Source: an uncultured Pseudomonadota bacterium (GTDB lineage: Bacteria > UBA10199 > GCA-002796325 > CAYWXY01). Taken from it: a DNA stretch of 45,194 bases. A program made the translations under genes and the position numbers. Below the pieces are notes generated by a model. That model did not search any database, was not told the DNA's origin, and saw only the letters and a list, made by a program, of their open reading frames with translations. Shown here in pieces: positions 27,083 through 35,973 of this stretch. The stretch's first letter is position 1. The number at the start of each line of letters is the position of its first letter. The stretch is taken from contig CAYWXY010000004.1 in NCBI GenBank assembly GCA_964462555.1, positions 1 through 45,194 of the forward strand. Reading direction: 5' to 3'.

Positions 27083-27785
27083 TATCATCCATGAAGATCG
27101 CCACATCATTATCGTCGATAAGCCGGCGTTAATGCCGACCGTTGATGTCCCGGGCGGCATCCCAGAGACACTCGTCAAGTGGCTGATGGCCTATTCATCG
27201 AAATTTAAGAAGATTAACGAAAAGGTGGGCGATGCAGGCCTGATTAATCGGATCGACAACGAAACATCGGGGATTGTTGTTGCCGCGAAGAACGAAAAGT
27301 CTCATCAGAAACTCAAAGAATTATGGAGCAGCAAGGAAATTTCAAAAACATATATCACTCTTGCCATTGGTGAACCGCCACCCGAAGGGATGATCACCAC
27401 ACTCATTGCACACCATCCCAAAAAGGCCAATCGGATGATGGTGGTTCAAGATTCCGGTGAGGCAAAGAATCTCAAGGCTCGTTATGCGGAGACACATTAC
27501 CGCGAACTGGAATCCTTTTATGACTATGCCCTATTGGAAGTTCGGATCGTTACCGGCCTCCGGCACCAAATTCGTTGTCACCTGGCCTCGATCGGCCACC
27601 CGATCGCCGGAGATAAGATTTATCGGCGGACCAAACACGAATCGCGGGATTGGCTGAAGCTCCCACGCCATTTTCTCCACGCAAGCCGCATTCGCCTCCC
27701 CCATCCCTCGTCTGGAAAGGTTATTGAGTATGATTCCCCACTTCCAGCCGACCTAGAGGGAGCCCTAGAACAACTCCGGAAATAA
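27066..27785 (+). CDS. RluA-family pseudouridine synthase (no S4 domain)
   Basis: IIHEDRHIIIVDKPA.M, NRIDNETSGIVVAAK (HRLD..TSG-type catalytic Asp motif), GLRHQIR.HLA..GHPI.GD..Y. Overlaps the CDF gene end by 17 nt. The longer ORF from 26730 is an out-of-frame read-through of the CDF gene. Confidence 0.85.
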   Translation: MTSDPNIIHEDRHIIIVDKPALMPTVDVPGGIPETLVKWLMAYSSKFKKINEKVGDAGLINRIDNETSGIVVAAKNEKSHQKLKELWSSKEISKTYITLAIGEPPPEGMITTLIAHHPKKANRMMVVQDSGEAKNLKARYAETHYRELESFYDYALLEVRIVTGLRHQIRCHLASIGHPIAGDKIYRRTKHESRDWLKLPRHFLHASRIRLPHPSSGKVIEYDSPLPADLEGALEQLRK

Positions 27786-27789
27786 ACCC

Positions 27790-27817
27790 TAGACTTGCCA
27801 TTTTATTTCGCTATAAT
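27790..27817 (+). promoter_or_regulatory. Candidate sigma-70 promoter TAGACT-N16-TATAAT abutting the start codon (possible leaderless mRNA)
   Basis: The consensus -10 TATAAT (27812-27817) is only 8 nt from the ATG at 27826, and no SD lies in between. Confidence 0.3.
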
Positions 27818-27825
27818 TCGCCACC

Positions 27826-28476
27826 ATGAAAACAAAAACAATCATTCTATTGGTCGCCCTTCTCACCCTCCCCCTCATCGTTCATGCTGATGGTACGCGT
27901 TATATCGAGGGATTTACTAGCTCAAAGGTCGGTGGATTTCCGACCGGCTGGCGAACGCGCCCCGGCGAAAAACCGCAGGCTGAAGCGGTCTACAAGGTCC
28001 AAGAAGAGGGCGGCAACAAGTACCTCGCGGCAAATGATGAACAGGGTTACTCGGTTCAGATTTTCAAGCTGGCGCACTGGGATCTCAACAAATATCCAGT
28101 CTTTAAGTGGAAATGGCGTGCAAAAAAGCTCCCGAAGGGCGCCAACGAAACGATCCCGGCCAAGAACGACAGCGCCTGTGGAATCTATATCTCCTTTGGC
28201 ATGTCGCGCGGCAGTGCACTCAAATATGTTTGGTCGACGTCGGCGCCAAATGGAACGTTCTACAAGAAGAACGATCAAATGACGATGATTGTCAAACAAA
28301 CTGGCGGCGGTGGCGGTTGGGTCAATGAATCGACAAATGTCGTTGAAGACGCCAAGAAGGCCTTTGGCAAAGTTCCTGATCGGACACTGACTGGAATCGC
28401 CATTCTGACGGACGGCAATGCAACAAAATCCCCCGCAGCCTGCGACTACGACAGTATCGGGTACGCCGCCCAGTAA
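27826..28476 (+). CDS. Secreted DUF3047-like protein
   Basis: Signal peptide, then a pattern resembling DUF3047 (FP.GW.......AVYKV.......YL.A......S.Q......DL..YP.F.WKWR........ND.A.GIY.SF). Confidence 0.55.
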   Translation: MKTKTIILLVALLTLPLIVHADGTRYIEGFTSSKVGGFPTGWRTRPGEKPQAEAVYKVQEEGGNKYLAANDEQGYSVQIFKLAHWDLNKYPVFKWKWRAKKLPKGANETIPAKNDSACGIYISFGMSRGSALKYVWSTSAPNGTFYKKNDQMTMIVKQTGGGGGWVNESTNVVEDAKKAFGKVPDRTLTGIAILTDGNATKSPAACDYDSIGYAAQ

Positions 28477-28499
28477 TGATCATTTAATCGAGGTGATTT

Positions 28500-29270
28500 A
28501 TGAAAAGGATTCTTGGAATCTTATCTATTACTATGCTTGTTGTTCTATTCTCTCTACCATCAGGAGCAGCACGTAAAAAGTTACCTAGCAAAGAGATGCT
28601 CTCTGACCACTATTTCCCGGTTGAGGTGGTGGAATCGATTCGCGAAGATGATATTTTAGGGGCCATTCGCGGTCTTCGGATGGAGGCCAACTCCCCTCGG
28701 CGCCAATTCATTCTTCGGGAACTTCAGCGGATTGACCAGTTTGAAACAAAGGCGAGCAAGGCAACAAAAAAGAATCACCGAAATCTCTTCAACATTGGTG
28801 TTGCTTACCACAATCTCTATCTCTTTCTCCAGGCGAACGGCACATCGAGTGAAGCGGTCTACAAAGACGCTCTCAAGTATTACAAAAGGGCCTCCAAATC
28901 TAAACTCCCCGCGAGAAAAAACAATGTCATGCTGATGATGGCGGCGCTCTATGCCTCAAAAGGTGACATCAAAAAATCGGACAAGGCCTTTGAAAAGATC
29001 GATTTTTCGGCCTTTGAGGATGAGTACCAAAAGTCAGAAGGGTTGGCGCTCTACTATTCGGCGCGTGGGGATGTGGCTAATGCCATTGAAAATCTTAAAC
29101 AGGCCCACAAGCTGAAGCCGGAACAGACGACGTTTTGGCTGGCCGTCAGTGACGATTTTGTTGGGATCTCAAGTGATAAGGAGTTTCAGGCCCTTCTTAG
29201 GAAATGGAAAGTAAAGCGCCTCGCCCAAGGCACCCCCTACACATGGAAGAACAAGAAGTTGGTCTATTAG
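28500..29270 (+). CDS. Secreted TPR-like repeat protein, unknown function
   Basis: Signal peptide plus helical-repeat segments (FNIGVAYHNLYLF, ALKYYKRA, AALYASKGDIKKSDKAF, LALYYSARGDVANAIENLKQA). GAGGTGA SD. Confidence 0.55.
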   Translation: MKRILGILSITMLVVLFSLPSGAARKKLPSKEMLSDHYFPVEVVESIREDDILGAIRGLRMEANSPRRQFILRELQRIDQFETKASKATKKNHRNLFNIGVAYHNLYLFLQANGTSSEAVYKDALKYYKRASKSKLPARKNNVMLMMAALYASKGDIKKSDKAFEKIDFSAFEDEYQKSEGLALYYSARGDVANAIENLKQAHKLKPEQTTFWLAVSDDFVGISSDKEFQALLRKWKVKRLAQGTPYTWKNKKLVY

Positions 29271-29278
29271 GTTTATTT

Positions 29279-30865
29279 CTACTTAATTCTCTGGGTCTCT
29301 CTTCCTTTAACAAAGACTCCTTTATGGATTAGTGTTCCAACATATTGTTTCAGGATTTTTCCACGAATTCTCAAATTTCCTCCCACCTCTTCAATATAGC
29401 CTAATTTTAGGAGGGGCTCGACTTCCTTATCCGGCAAGTCTCCGCGGCCTCTTTCTCTGGCGTGAAGCTGAATGAGAAGGTTCGTCTGTTCTGTCGACAA
29501 ATTATTCAAAATAAAGAGGGCGTGCGATGTAATGGTGGCGGCATCGTGAAATGCGGGACTAGCAAGCAATCCTTCATATTCCGTCAGGATTCTATCTTCG
29601 TGACTCTTCCGAAAACGACTGGCAACAGCTTCGACCGTATCGGTCGTTATATAATTGGATGGTGGCCCGTCGTAACTCCTCACCTCACGGTGACCGAGCA
29701 TTACATCAATTATTGCCTGAATAAGAAAATTGATTTCAAAAACCCGTCCCCCTGTTAAATCGTAGACTCGATCCGTAACATCTTGAGGCGGTTGATATTT
29801 TCCACGATCTGTACGAATAGAGTTCCCTAAGACATCCTCCACATACTCTCTTGTTTCATTTCGATTAAGCGGTGCTACCCAGTGAACAATTGCTGCTGGA
29901 TAACGTGCCGCTAGGGCCTCAAACTCACCGGCAACATAATGAGCGCCAATCACCAGTTGGGCGCTCTCTTCTCCAACCACTCGATCGACGAGGGATCGAA
30001 AATCGGATGCCATCATTCTAAGGGGTCCCTTTATTTGCCCACCAGATTTGTCTGGAGAATCGGCAACGGGAACCTCATCCAGAATGGCATATCCTGCCCC
30101 ACCGATTTTCCCGGCCCGTTCGACAGAATCAAAATCACGAAAATCGATGAAGCGCTCAATGAGCCATAGACGGCGTGGCTCTACATCTTCAATAGCGGCC
30201 TGAATAAGCCTTAAAAGTGTTGTCTTGCCCGATCGTTGATGGCCCACTAGAATAATAGGCGATCTGGGAGTCAACTTTTCAGCAAGAGTCTCGGCCAATT
30301 CCTTCGTCGGTTGCGCTGCCATACGAACCGCATCGGGATCTCTGTGATATTCCAACGCATCGACCTTCATGTGGCGATGTCTATCAACGGTAAAGCTGGT
30401 TACCTCATCAGCTTCTCCCTCAGGAATCGTTGATACCCGTGTTATGAAATAAACGCCACCCGCAAGCGTAAGAAGAATTCCAAGAGCAGTAAAAACGCCG
30501 TCACCATTACACCCAGTAATACAACTTGTGGAGGCAAGAAGAGTGGGGCGGACTAAGCGACCCAAGAACGATTTCGTTCTTTGAGCGACCTCTCCGGCTG
30601 ATGCCATCATCGTATCAACAACCGACATCTGTGGCAGACGAACGCCTTGTTTGGCCTTATTCACAACCCTTGTCGCCCAAGTCTCTCTCGACGCGACACT
30701 CATTGCACTTTGGGTTGTGACTCCAACCTGTAGTTTTGGGAGGGTCGTAAAGACCGATCGATCGACAAGTGTAGTGATCGGAGACGCTTTGGCCGTTCTT
30801 AATACGGGGTTAGGTAGAATTTTTGCGAGACCGGTTTTGCCGCGGGCGGGCTTGGCTATACTCAT
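29279..30865 (-). CDS. Membrane-anchored P-loop NTPase (Arch_ATPase/AAA-like) with helical C-terminal region
   Basis: Walker A LVGHQRSGKTTLL, Walker B GYAILDEV, a sensor-like YDLTGGRVFEINFL, and one TM helix (VFTALGILLTLAGGVYFI) N-terminal of the ATPase. I chose the ATG at 30865 (GAGGAG SD 6 nt upstream); the ORF is open to 30916. Confidence 0.7.
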   Translation of the reverse strand: MSIAKPARGKTGLAKILPNPVLRTAKASPITTLVDRSVFTTLPKLQVGVTTQSAMSVASRETWATRVVNKAKQGVRLPQMSVVDTMMASAGEVAQRTKSFLGRLVRPTLLASTSCITGCNGDGVFTALGILLTLAGGVYFITRVSTIPEGEADEVTSFTVDRHRHMKVDALEYHRDPDAVRMAAQPTKELAETLAEKLTPRSPIILVGHQRSGKTTLLRLIQAAIEDVEPRRLWLIERFIDFRDFDSVERAGKIGGAGYAILDEVPVADSPDKSGGQIKGPLRMMASDFRSLVDRVVGEESAQLVIGAHYVAGEFEALAARYPAAIVHWVAPLNRNETREYVEDVLGNSIRTDRGKYQPPQDVTDRVYDLTGGRVFEINFLIQAIIDVMLGHREVRSYDGPPSNYITTDTVEAVASRFRKSHEDRILTEYEGLLASPAFHDAATITSHALFILNNLSTEQTNLLIQLHARERGRGDLPDKEVEPLLKLGYIEEVGGNLRIRGKILKQYVGTLIHKGVFVKGRETQRIK

Positions 30866-30986
30866 GATATACTCCTCTTCAAATGCCCGCTGCGACATTT
30901 TGGATGTACCAGCCATTATCGTCGGGCGCTCAAGATTGTTGCTACGATTCTGAACTGGGGCTTATTATGTGAGTAATATCAATGGG

Positions 30987-31628
30987 TTATTCAGGTGGAA
31001 CGACTTCGATCAGGGCGGTAATGCCGTGGCATTTGGAATGCGTGGCAATGAGGAATACTCTCTCTTTTTCTTCAGTCAACATCGCCTCCATATTTTGCCA
31101 GGCATTCAGAACCTGTTGCATAGGAATGGTTGCAACCTCGCGCGCAAAGTGAGTGCACTCAAAACGAAAAAGTGAAACATTTCCCTTGCCTTCAATATAA
31201 CCCTCGAGCCATCCGCCAACATCCCAGTCAAGATCTCCTTTGGTCAGAGGGCAAACTTCGGGTTCAATACAATTATCGACGCACTGTTCGGTTGTGAAGC
31301 TGATTGCCTTGAGTCCCTCTTGCAAATCGATTTCGTATGGCGTTCCAATCTCTTCTGGAAAGGGGATCATCTGCCAACCCCACCCCTTGCGATCAAAGAT
31401 CTCGACAAAGAGTCGCGCCAGGAGATGTGGGGCGGCATGTGACGGGATCAGTTGGTCGTCGGTCGTGTAGCCCGCAGGTCTTCCGAGGAGCCAATCGGCA
31501 AGGGATAAAACACCGTCATCCCAAACCTCAATCTCATCCACCTCGATTTCGCCGGCCTCCCCTGCTTTGGTAAGATTCTCGATGTAGGTGTCGGTTGAGT
31601 CATCTCTGTCAGCAATGTAGAAATTCAT
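30987..31628 (-). CDS. Hypothetical acidic protein with Cys/His motifs (CVDNCIEPEVC, ECTH, SKCHG)
   Basis: 213-aa ORF. AAGGA SD 7 nt upstream of the ATG. Starts 2 nt after the nth stop. I recognise no family. Confidence 0.6.
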   Translation of the reverse strand: MNFYIADRDDSTDTYIENLTKAGEAGEIEVDEIEVWDDGVLSLADWLLGRPAGYTTDDQLIPSHAAPHLLARLFVEIFDRKGWGWQMIPFPEEIGTPYEIDLQEGLKAISFTTEQCVDNCIEPEVCPLTKGDLDWDVGGWLEGYIEGKGNVSLFRFECTHFAREVATIPMQQVLNAWQNMEAMLTEEKERVFLIATHSKCHGITALIEVVPPE

Positions 31629-31630
31629 AT

Positions 31631-32266
31631 CTAGTCCTTACAATTATTCGATGGGCAGTAACTATTAATCAGACAATCGCAACATTTTGGCCGTCGCGCA
31701 ATGCAAATATTTCTTCCGTGAAAAATAAGGAGGAGACTCAGCGCATTCCAATCCTTCTTGGGAACGATCTCCATAAGATCGCTCTCGATCTTGACCGGAT
31801 TGCTATTCTTGGTGAGCCCCAGGAGATTTGAGAGGCGTATCACATGTGTGTCGACGACAATGCCCGGAATATCAAAACAGGCGCCAAGGACCACATTGGC
31901 GGTCTTTCTCCCGACACCCGGGAGCTTGACGAGTTCATCGAGTTTTTCAGGCACCTTCCCTGTGTGACTTTCCACGAGCCCCTTGCAACACCCAATGATC
32001 GACTTTGTCTTGTTTTTGTAAAAACCGGTCGAGTGGATTAGTTTTTCAAGCTCAGCCGGCCTTGCCGCGGCGAAATCTTTTGCTGTTTTATACTTCTCAA
32101 AGAGGGCTGGCGTGACCTTGTTGACCCGCTCATCGGTGCACTGCGCCGAAAGAATTGTAGCAATTAAAAGCTGCAGTGGATTTTTGTGCGTGAGCGGCGT
32201 CTTCGCCCCTGGATATTCTTTTTTAAGTTTCTGAATAATCTTTTTTACGCGTTCTTTTTGATCCAT
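31631..32266 (-). CDS. nth: Endonuclease III
   Basis: HhH-GPD motif LVKLPGVGRKTANVVL and a C-terminal Fe-S cluster loop C-x6-C-x2-C-x5-C (CIARRPKCCDCLINSYC). Confidence 0.9.
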   Translation of the reverse strand: MDQKERVKKIIQKLKKEYPGAKTPLTHKNPLQLLIATILSAQCTDERVNKVTPALFEKYKTAKDFAAARPAELEKLIHSTGFYKNKTKSIIGCCKGLVESHTGKVPEKLDELVKLPGVGRKTANVVLGACFDIPGIVVDTHVIRLSNLLGLTKNSNPVKIESDLMEIVPKKDWNALSLLLIFHGRNICIARRPKCCDCLINSYCPSNNCKD

Positions 32267-33957
32267 CGTTCAAATTCCTCAAATGTCCATGCGTTGATAA
32301 TGTCTTCTTTGGTGAGCCAACCCTTTCGTGCGATCCCTACGCCATATCTCATATCGCCCATCCCCTCAATACTATGCGCATCGGGACAGATGGCGACCTT
32401 GACACCCTTCTTCTTAAGCTGTGGGCCGAGTCGCCAATCGACATCCAGGCGATGGGGATTGGCATTCAGTTCAATGGCCTTACCATACTCCGCAGCAACA
32501 TCGATCACCTCTTGCATATTGATTGGGTAGGCCTCGCGCGCCAGGAGAAGCCGACCCGTCGGATGCCCCAATATCTTAACTGCCGGATGTGTTAAGGCTC
32601 GACAAATCCGACTCGTCATTTCGCTCTCGGTCATTCCAAAGCGCGAATGAACCGAGGCGATCACAAAATCAAAACTTTCGAGAACGCTATCGTCGTAATC
32701 GACAGACCCGTCGGGGAGAATATCGGCCTCGATCCCCTTGAGGATACGCATCCCTTTCAGTTCTTCGTTCAATCGCTCGATCTCTTTGTGCTGACGCTTG
32801 ATCGCTGCCTTAGAGAGCCCGCCGGCATACGATGCCGCCTGTGAATGGTCACATATTCCAAGATATGTGTAACCGAGCTTCTTTGCGGCGAGGGCAAGCT
32901 CCTTGATCGTGTTTGACCCATCACTATATGTGCTGTGAATATGAAGCATTCCTTTCATGTCGGCTTCATTAACCAATGTCGGCAATGTTCCCTTTTCGGC
33001 GACCGCGATTTCTCCCATATCCTCGCGAAGTTCCGGCGGAATATAGGCAAGACCCAATTTCTTAAAGATCTCCGTTTCGTCTTTACATGGAACATTCTTC
33101 TCGCCCTTAAAGAGTCCATATTCGTTCATTTTATAACCGCGCTTTTTGGCGCGGGCGCGCATCGCGGTATTGTGTTCCTTGCTCCCGGTAAAATGGTGGA
33201 GGGCGTAGGGAAACTCTTTATCGCTGACGAGCCGAAGATCGGCATTCACCCCAAGTTTCAAAATAACACTCGTTTTCGTTTCACCGTGGGATATTGTCTC
33301 GTCGACATCTGAAAGTTTCATAAAGAGATCGGCAACTTTCTCGGGGGACTTGGTCGAGGCCAGGATATCGATATCTTTGACGGTCTCTTTATGGCGGCGG
33401 ATACTCCCAGCCACTTCAATTCGAATCACATCTTTATTCTTCTTGAGCGCGGCAACGAGCCTCTCGGCAAGCTCGGCGCCAAAGGGATAGAGGTAACGTC
33501 CCTGATATTTTTTGAGATAAATGATTCCCTGTAGAATTTTATCCTGCGATTTCTGACCGAATCCGGGAAGATCTCGGAGACGGTTTTCATTACAGGCATA
33601 TTCAAGCTCGCCGATCGTTGTCACGCCGAGTTTATCCCAGAAAACCTTCACCTTCTTGGCTCCAACACCGGGAATTCGAAGCATCTCAAAGAGCCCGGGT
33701 GGAATCGACGCCACGAGTGCCTCATAATCTTTAAGATGTCCGGTTGTGTGGAGTTCGATAATGTGGTCGGCAAGGTTTTTTCCGATACCGCGAACCGTCG
33801 TCAGCTTCTCTTCGTTTATCAGTTCTTCGAGATTGGATAGTCCATCAACGACGCGCGATGCATTTTCATACGCGCGGATCTTGAAGGGATTCTTTCCCTT
33901 AAGTTCCAGGATGGCGCCCATATTGGCCAGAACGATTGCGATTTCCCGATTGTTCAT
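32245..33957 (-). CDS. polX: Family X DNA polymerase with C-terminal PHP phosphoesterase domain
   Basis: HhH N-terminus (ELKGKNPFKIRAYENA), Pol-beta nucleotidyltransferase motif GSIRR..ETVKDIDIL, PHP motifs (HIHSTYSDG, CDHS, HSRF). The ATG at 33957 aligns with typical PolX N-termini; the ORF is open to 33981. The 3' end overlaps the nth start by 22 nt. Confidence 0.85.
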   Translation of the reverse strand: MNNREIAIVLANMGAILELKGKNPFKIRAYENASRVVDGLSNLEELINEEKLTTVRGIGKNLADHIIELHTTGHLKDYEALVASIPPGLFEMLRIPGVGAKKVKVFWDKLGVTTIGELEYACNENRLRDLPGFGQKSQDKILQGIIYLKKYQGRYLYPFGAELAERLVAALKKNKDVIRIEVAGSIRRHKETVKDIDILASTKSPEKVADLFMKLSDVDETISHGETKTSVILKLGVNADLRLVSDKEFPYALHHFTGSKEHNTAMRARAKKRGYKMNEYGLFKGEKNVPCKDETEIFKKLGLAYIPPELREDMGEIAVAEKGTLPTLVNEADMKGMLHIHSTYSDGSNTIKELALAAKKLGYTYLGICDHSQAASYAGGLSKAAIKRQHKEIERLNEELKGMRILKGIEADILPDGSVDYDDSVLESFDFVIASVHSRFGMTESEMTSRICRALTHPAVKILGHPTGRLLLAREAYPINMQEVIDVAAEYGKAIELNANPHRLDVDWRLGPQLKKKGVKVAICPDAHSIEGMGDMRYGVGIARKGWLTKEDIINAWTFEEFERWIKKNA

Positions 33958-33984
33958 TTGTATTATTCCTACATTTTTCATGTC

Positions 33985-34101
33985 ATTCCTGCGAAGGCAG
34001 GAATCTCATGTACGCACTCTGGATCCCCGCGTTTCCGCCAAAGGCGGACCAGCCTCCGGCTGGCGCGGGGATGACATACAACATCTATAATGTTGTATGT
34101 C
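33985..34101. repeat. REP-like cluster of three hairpins between polX and rlmH
   Basis: attcctgc-gaag-gcaggaat (33985-34004). atccccgcg...cgcggggat (34022-34071) encloses ccgcc-aaa-ggcgg and ccagcc-tcc-ggctgg. gacatacaacat-ctata-atgttgtatgtc (34073-34101). Spurious ORFs across it read RRQESH and IPAFAGMT, as is typical of a widespread palindromic element. Confidence 0.65.
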
Positions 34102-34522
34102 ACTTGTGATACGGTTCGCCGCGGATGATCATGCAGGAACGATAGAGCTGTTCGAGCAAGACGATTAGCGCAAGATCGTGTTGCATTGTAAAACGCGAGA
34201 GCGACACAATCTTTTTTCCCTTCGCACGGGCATGTTCGCCCCACCCCTCCGCCGGCCCCAACGCAAAGATGAGCGATTTCGTCGAGCGAACCTGGCGTTC
34301 CTCAACAAACCCCGCAAATTCCGTCGAGATCATCTCTTCGCCGCGCTCATCGCAGATCACAAGATAGTCGGTCGGCTGAATACGCTTAAGAAGAGCCTCT
34401 TCATCCTTAACAACAATCATCTCAAAGGGAAGATAGTGGCCAAGGCGCTCCATATAGTCGGCGGCAATCGCCTGATGCGCCCCCTTCTTGACTTTCCCAA
34501 TTGTCATAACCTTCAGCTTCAT
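34100..34522 (-). CDS. rlmH: 23S rRNA (pseudouridine1915-N3)-methyltransferase
   Basis: SPOUT/DUF163 pattern: MKLKVMTIGK.K.......Y..R........I.......LDE.G...S.EFA........G...I.F..G...G.......A....SLS..T..H.L.R..L.EQ.YR. The ATG at 34522 has a GGAGGGG SD. Confidence 0.9.
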   Translation of the reverse strand: MKLKVMTIGKVKKGAHQAIAADYMERLGHYLPFEMIVVKDEEALLKRIQPTDYLVICDERGEEMISTEFAGFVEERQVRSTKSLIFALGPAEGWGEHARAKGKKIVSLSRFTMQHDLALIVLLEQLYRSCMIIRGEPYHK

Positions 34523-34542
34523 TATGCCCCTCCAACCATTAG

Positions 34543-34570
34543 TAACCTCCAAGGTTAACCTTGGAGGTTA
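34543..34570. repeat. 28-nt perfect palindrome TAACCTCCAAGGTTAACCTTGGAGGTTA (family P, copy 2)
   Basis: Between the elbB stop (34574) and the rlmH start (34522). Differs from copy 1 at two positions per arm, changed in a compensatory way. Confidence 0.7.
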
Positions 34571-34573
34571 GAA

Positions 34574-35236
34574 TTAGGTTAGGGTGAGGATGGCGGTGAC
34601 GAGTTTGGTGACACCTGACTCGACCTCGCTGATCCGTTCAGCCATCATATAGGCCGGCGTTGTTACAATCTTGTTGGCCGTATCGGTTATGGCGTCGGTC
34701 ACCGCGCATTCTTGATGTTTGGCGCCCATCGATTCGATATCGCCGGCAACATTTGGATTGCTACCAATCGTGAGCGTGGGATGAATGCCGCTTCCCTCAA
34801 GCGCTTTTGCAACTACAACCGGCGCAATGCAGATTGCGCCTACCGGCTTTTTGGTATTCACAAAATCGAGAATCAGTTGTTTGACGCGTGCATCAATCTC
34901 GCAATTTTTTCCGACCTTGCCATAGTTGCAGAGATTGGTTGCCGCACCAAAACCGCCGGGAAGAATGAGTGCGTCAAAATCGTCAACAGAGATTGTCTCA
35001 ATCTTTTTCACATTTCCACGCATGATTCGACCGGCCTCGATCATCATATTTCGCGTCTCGGACATCGGCTGACCATCGAGATGATTGGTTACTTGTGCCT
35101 GATTACCATCAATCGCCACACCCGTCACTTCGGCATCGGCACGATCCAGGGCCAAGAGAGCACATGTTGCTTCATGGATCTCTGAACCATCTTTATATCC
35201 GCAGCCCGAAAGCAAAACTGCTACACGTTTTGACAT
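34574..35236 (-). CDS. elbB: DJ-1/PfpI-family glyoxalase ElbB
   Basis: Collinear with ElbB: RVAVLLSGCGY.DGSEIHEA...LLA..R..A...........Q..V.NHL.G......RN...EA.RI.RG.......D.DALI.PGGFGAA.NL......IVTTPAYM. The ATG at 35236 has a GGAGG SD. Confidence 0.85.
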   Translation of the reverse strand: MSKRVAVLLSGCGYKDGSEIHEATCALLALDRADAEVTGVAIDGNQAQVTNHLDGQPMSETRNMMIEAGRIMRGNVKKIETISVDDFDALILPGGFGAATNLCNYGKVGKNCEIDARVKQLILDFVNTKKPVGAICIAPVVVAKALEGSGIHPTLTIGSNPNVAGDIESMGAKHQECAVTDAITDTANKIVTTPAYMMAERISEVESGVTKLVTAILTLT

Positions 35237-35297
35237 AAACACCTCCCTTATTGACTATTCGGCCGACATTTATGCACAGATTTCAACCCTCTGCAAG

Positions 35298-35330
35298 CAC
35301 CCACCTAAGCTCCCGGTGCTTAGGTGGGTG
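35298..35330. repeat. 13-bp-stem hairpin sharing a 17-mer with the 16385-16444 palindrome
   Basis: cacccacctaagc-tcccggt-gcttaggtgggtg. The string ctaagctcccggtgctt (35305-35321) is identical to 16417-16433. Confidence 0.5.
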
Positions 35331-35464
35331 ATGTGACAAAGTTTTGACGGCTTATGGGTGGTCTTTTACGCCTATGAGAGAATGATGTCCGATAACAGAC
35401 AGTTCAGAATGAATATTCGGCAATAAAATCAACCGTTTATAACAAATTCGCAAATCATTCATGG

Positions 35465-35480
35465 TGGCATGTTTCTTGCT
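35465..35480 (+). promoter_or_regulatory. Sigma-54 (-24/-12) promoter TGGCATgtttcTTGCT
   Basis: Matches TGGCAC-N5-TTGCW at 15 of 16 defined or spaced positions. Lies 36 nt upstream of the ATG at 35517. An IHF-like site AATCAAccgtTTA at 35427-35439 lies upstream. Confidence 0.65.
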
Positions 35481-35516
35481 CTATTTACCCTCGTGACCTT
35501 CTGAAGGGGGTAAGAA

Positions 35517-35933
35517 ATGAAGAAACTCATACTCAACATTATAATGATAACATTAGTGCTCTTCCTTGCAGCTCCAGCCAGCGCCATCCAGGAAGTCGAC
35601 CTACCGCAGGAAAAGGGTCAGGGCCCTGTCGTGGTGCCAGACACACCCGACACATACGTTATCTACGATGGATATGCCAATTCGAGTGATGTGACGATTG
35701 TGGGCGGTGTCATGGGTGTCATGTATTATTTCTGCAAACAACATAGCCCTGAGTTCTGCTCCGATCAGGAGGGTGTTCTTCTCGTGAGCGGCGGCGATAC
35801 CGGGAAGATCCCTGGGATCCTTAAACTTCTCGACGAACTGATGGGGGGTAATACGAAGGTTGTCGTCAAACTCTCCAAAACCAAAAACTTCTCAGGCGTC
35901 CCCATCATCATAGATGCCCAGATACTGAATTAG
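35517..35933 (+). CDS. Small secreted protein, unknown function
   Basis: 138 aa, signal peptide (LVLFLAAPASA/IQE), two Cys (FCKQHSPEFC), GGGGG SD, sigma-54 promoter upstream. Confidence 0.6.
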   Translation: MKKLILNIIMITLVLFLAAPASAIQEVDLPQEKGQGPVVVPDTPDTYVIYDGYANSSDVTIVGGVMGVMYYFCKQHSPEFCSDQEGVLLVSGGDTGKIPGILKLLDELMGGNTKVVVKLSKTKNFSGVPIIIDAQILN

Positions 35934-35973
35934 TATCTAGCGAGATTTTTCGCAATAAATTCTCTTATTGAAC

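Noticed and set aside
33746-34244. ORFs 33746-34090 (+) and 33978-34244 (-) crossing the polX-rlmH spacer.
   Set aside because: Their only distinctive peptides (RRQESH..., ...IPAFAGMT) are translations of the palindromic REP-like hairpins. The remainder is antisense to polX or rlmH.
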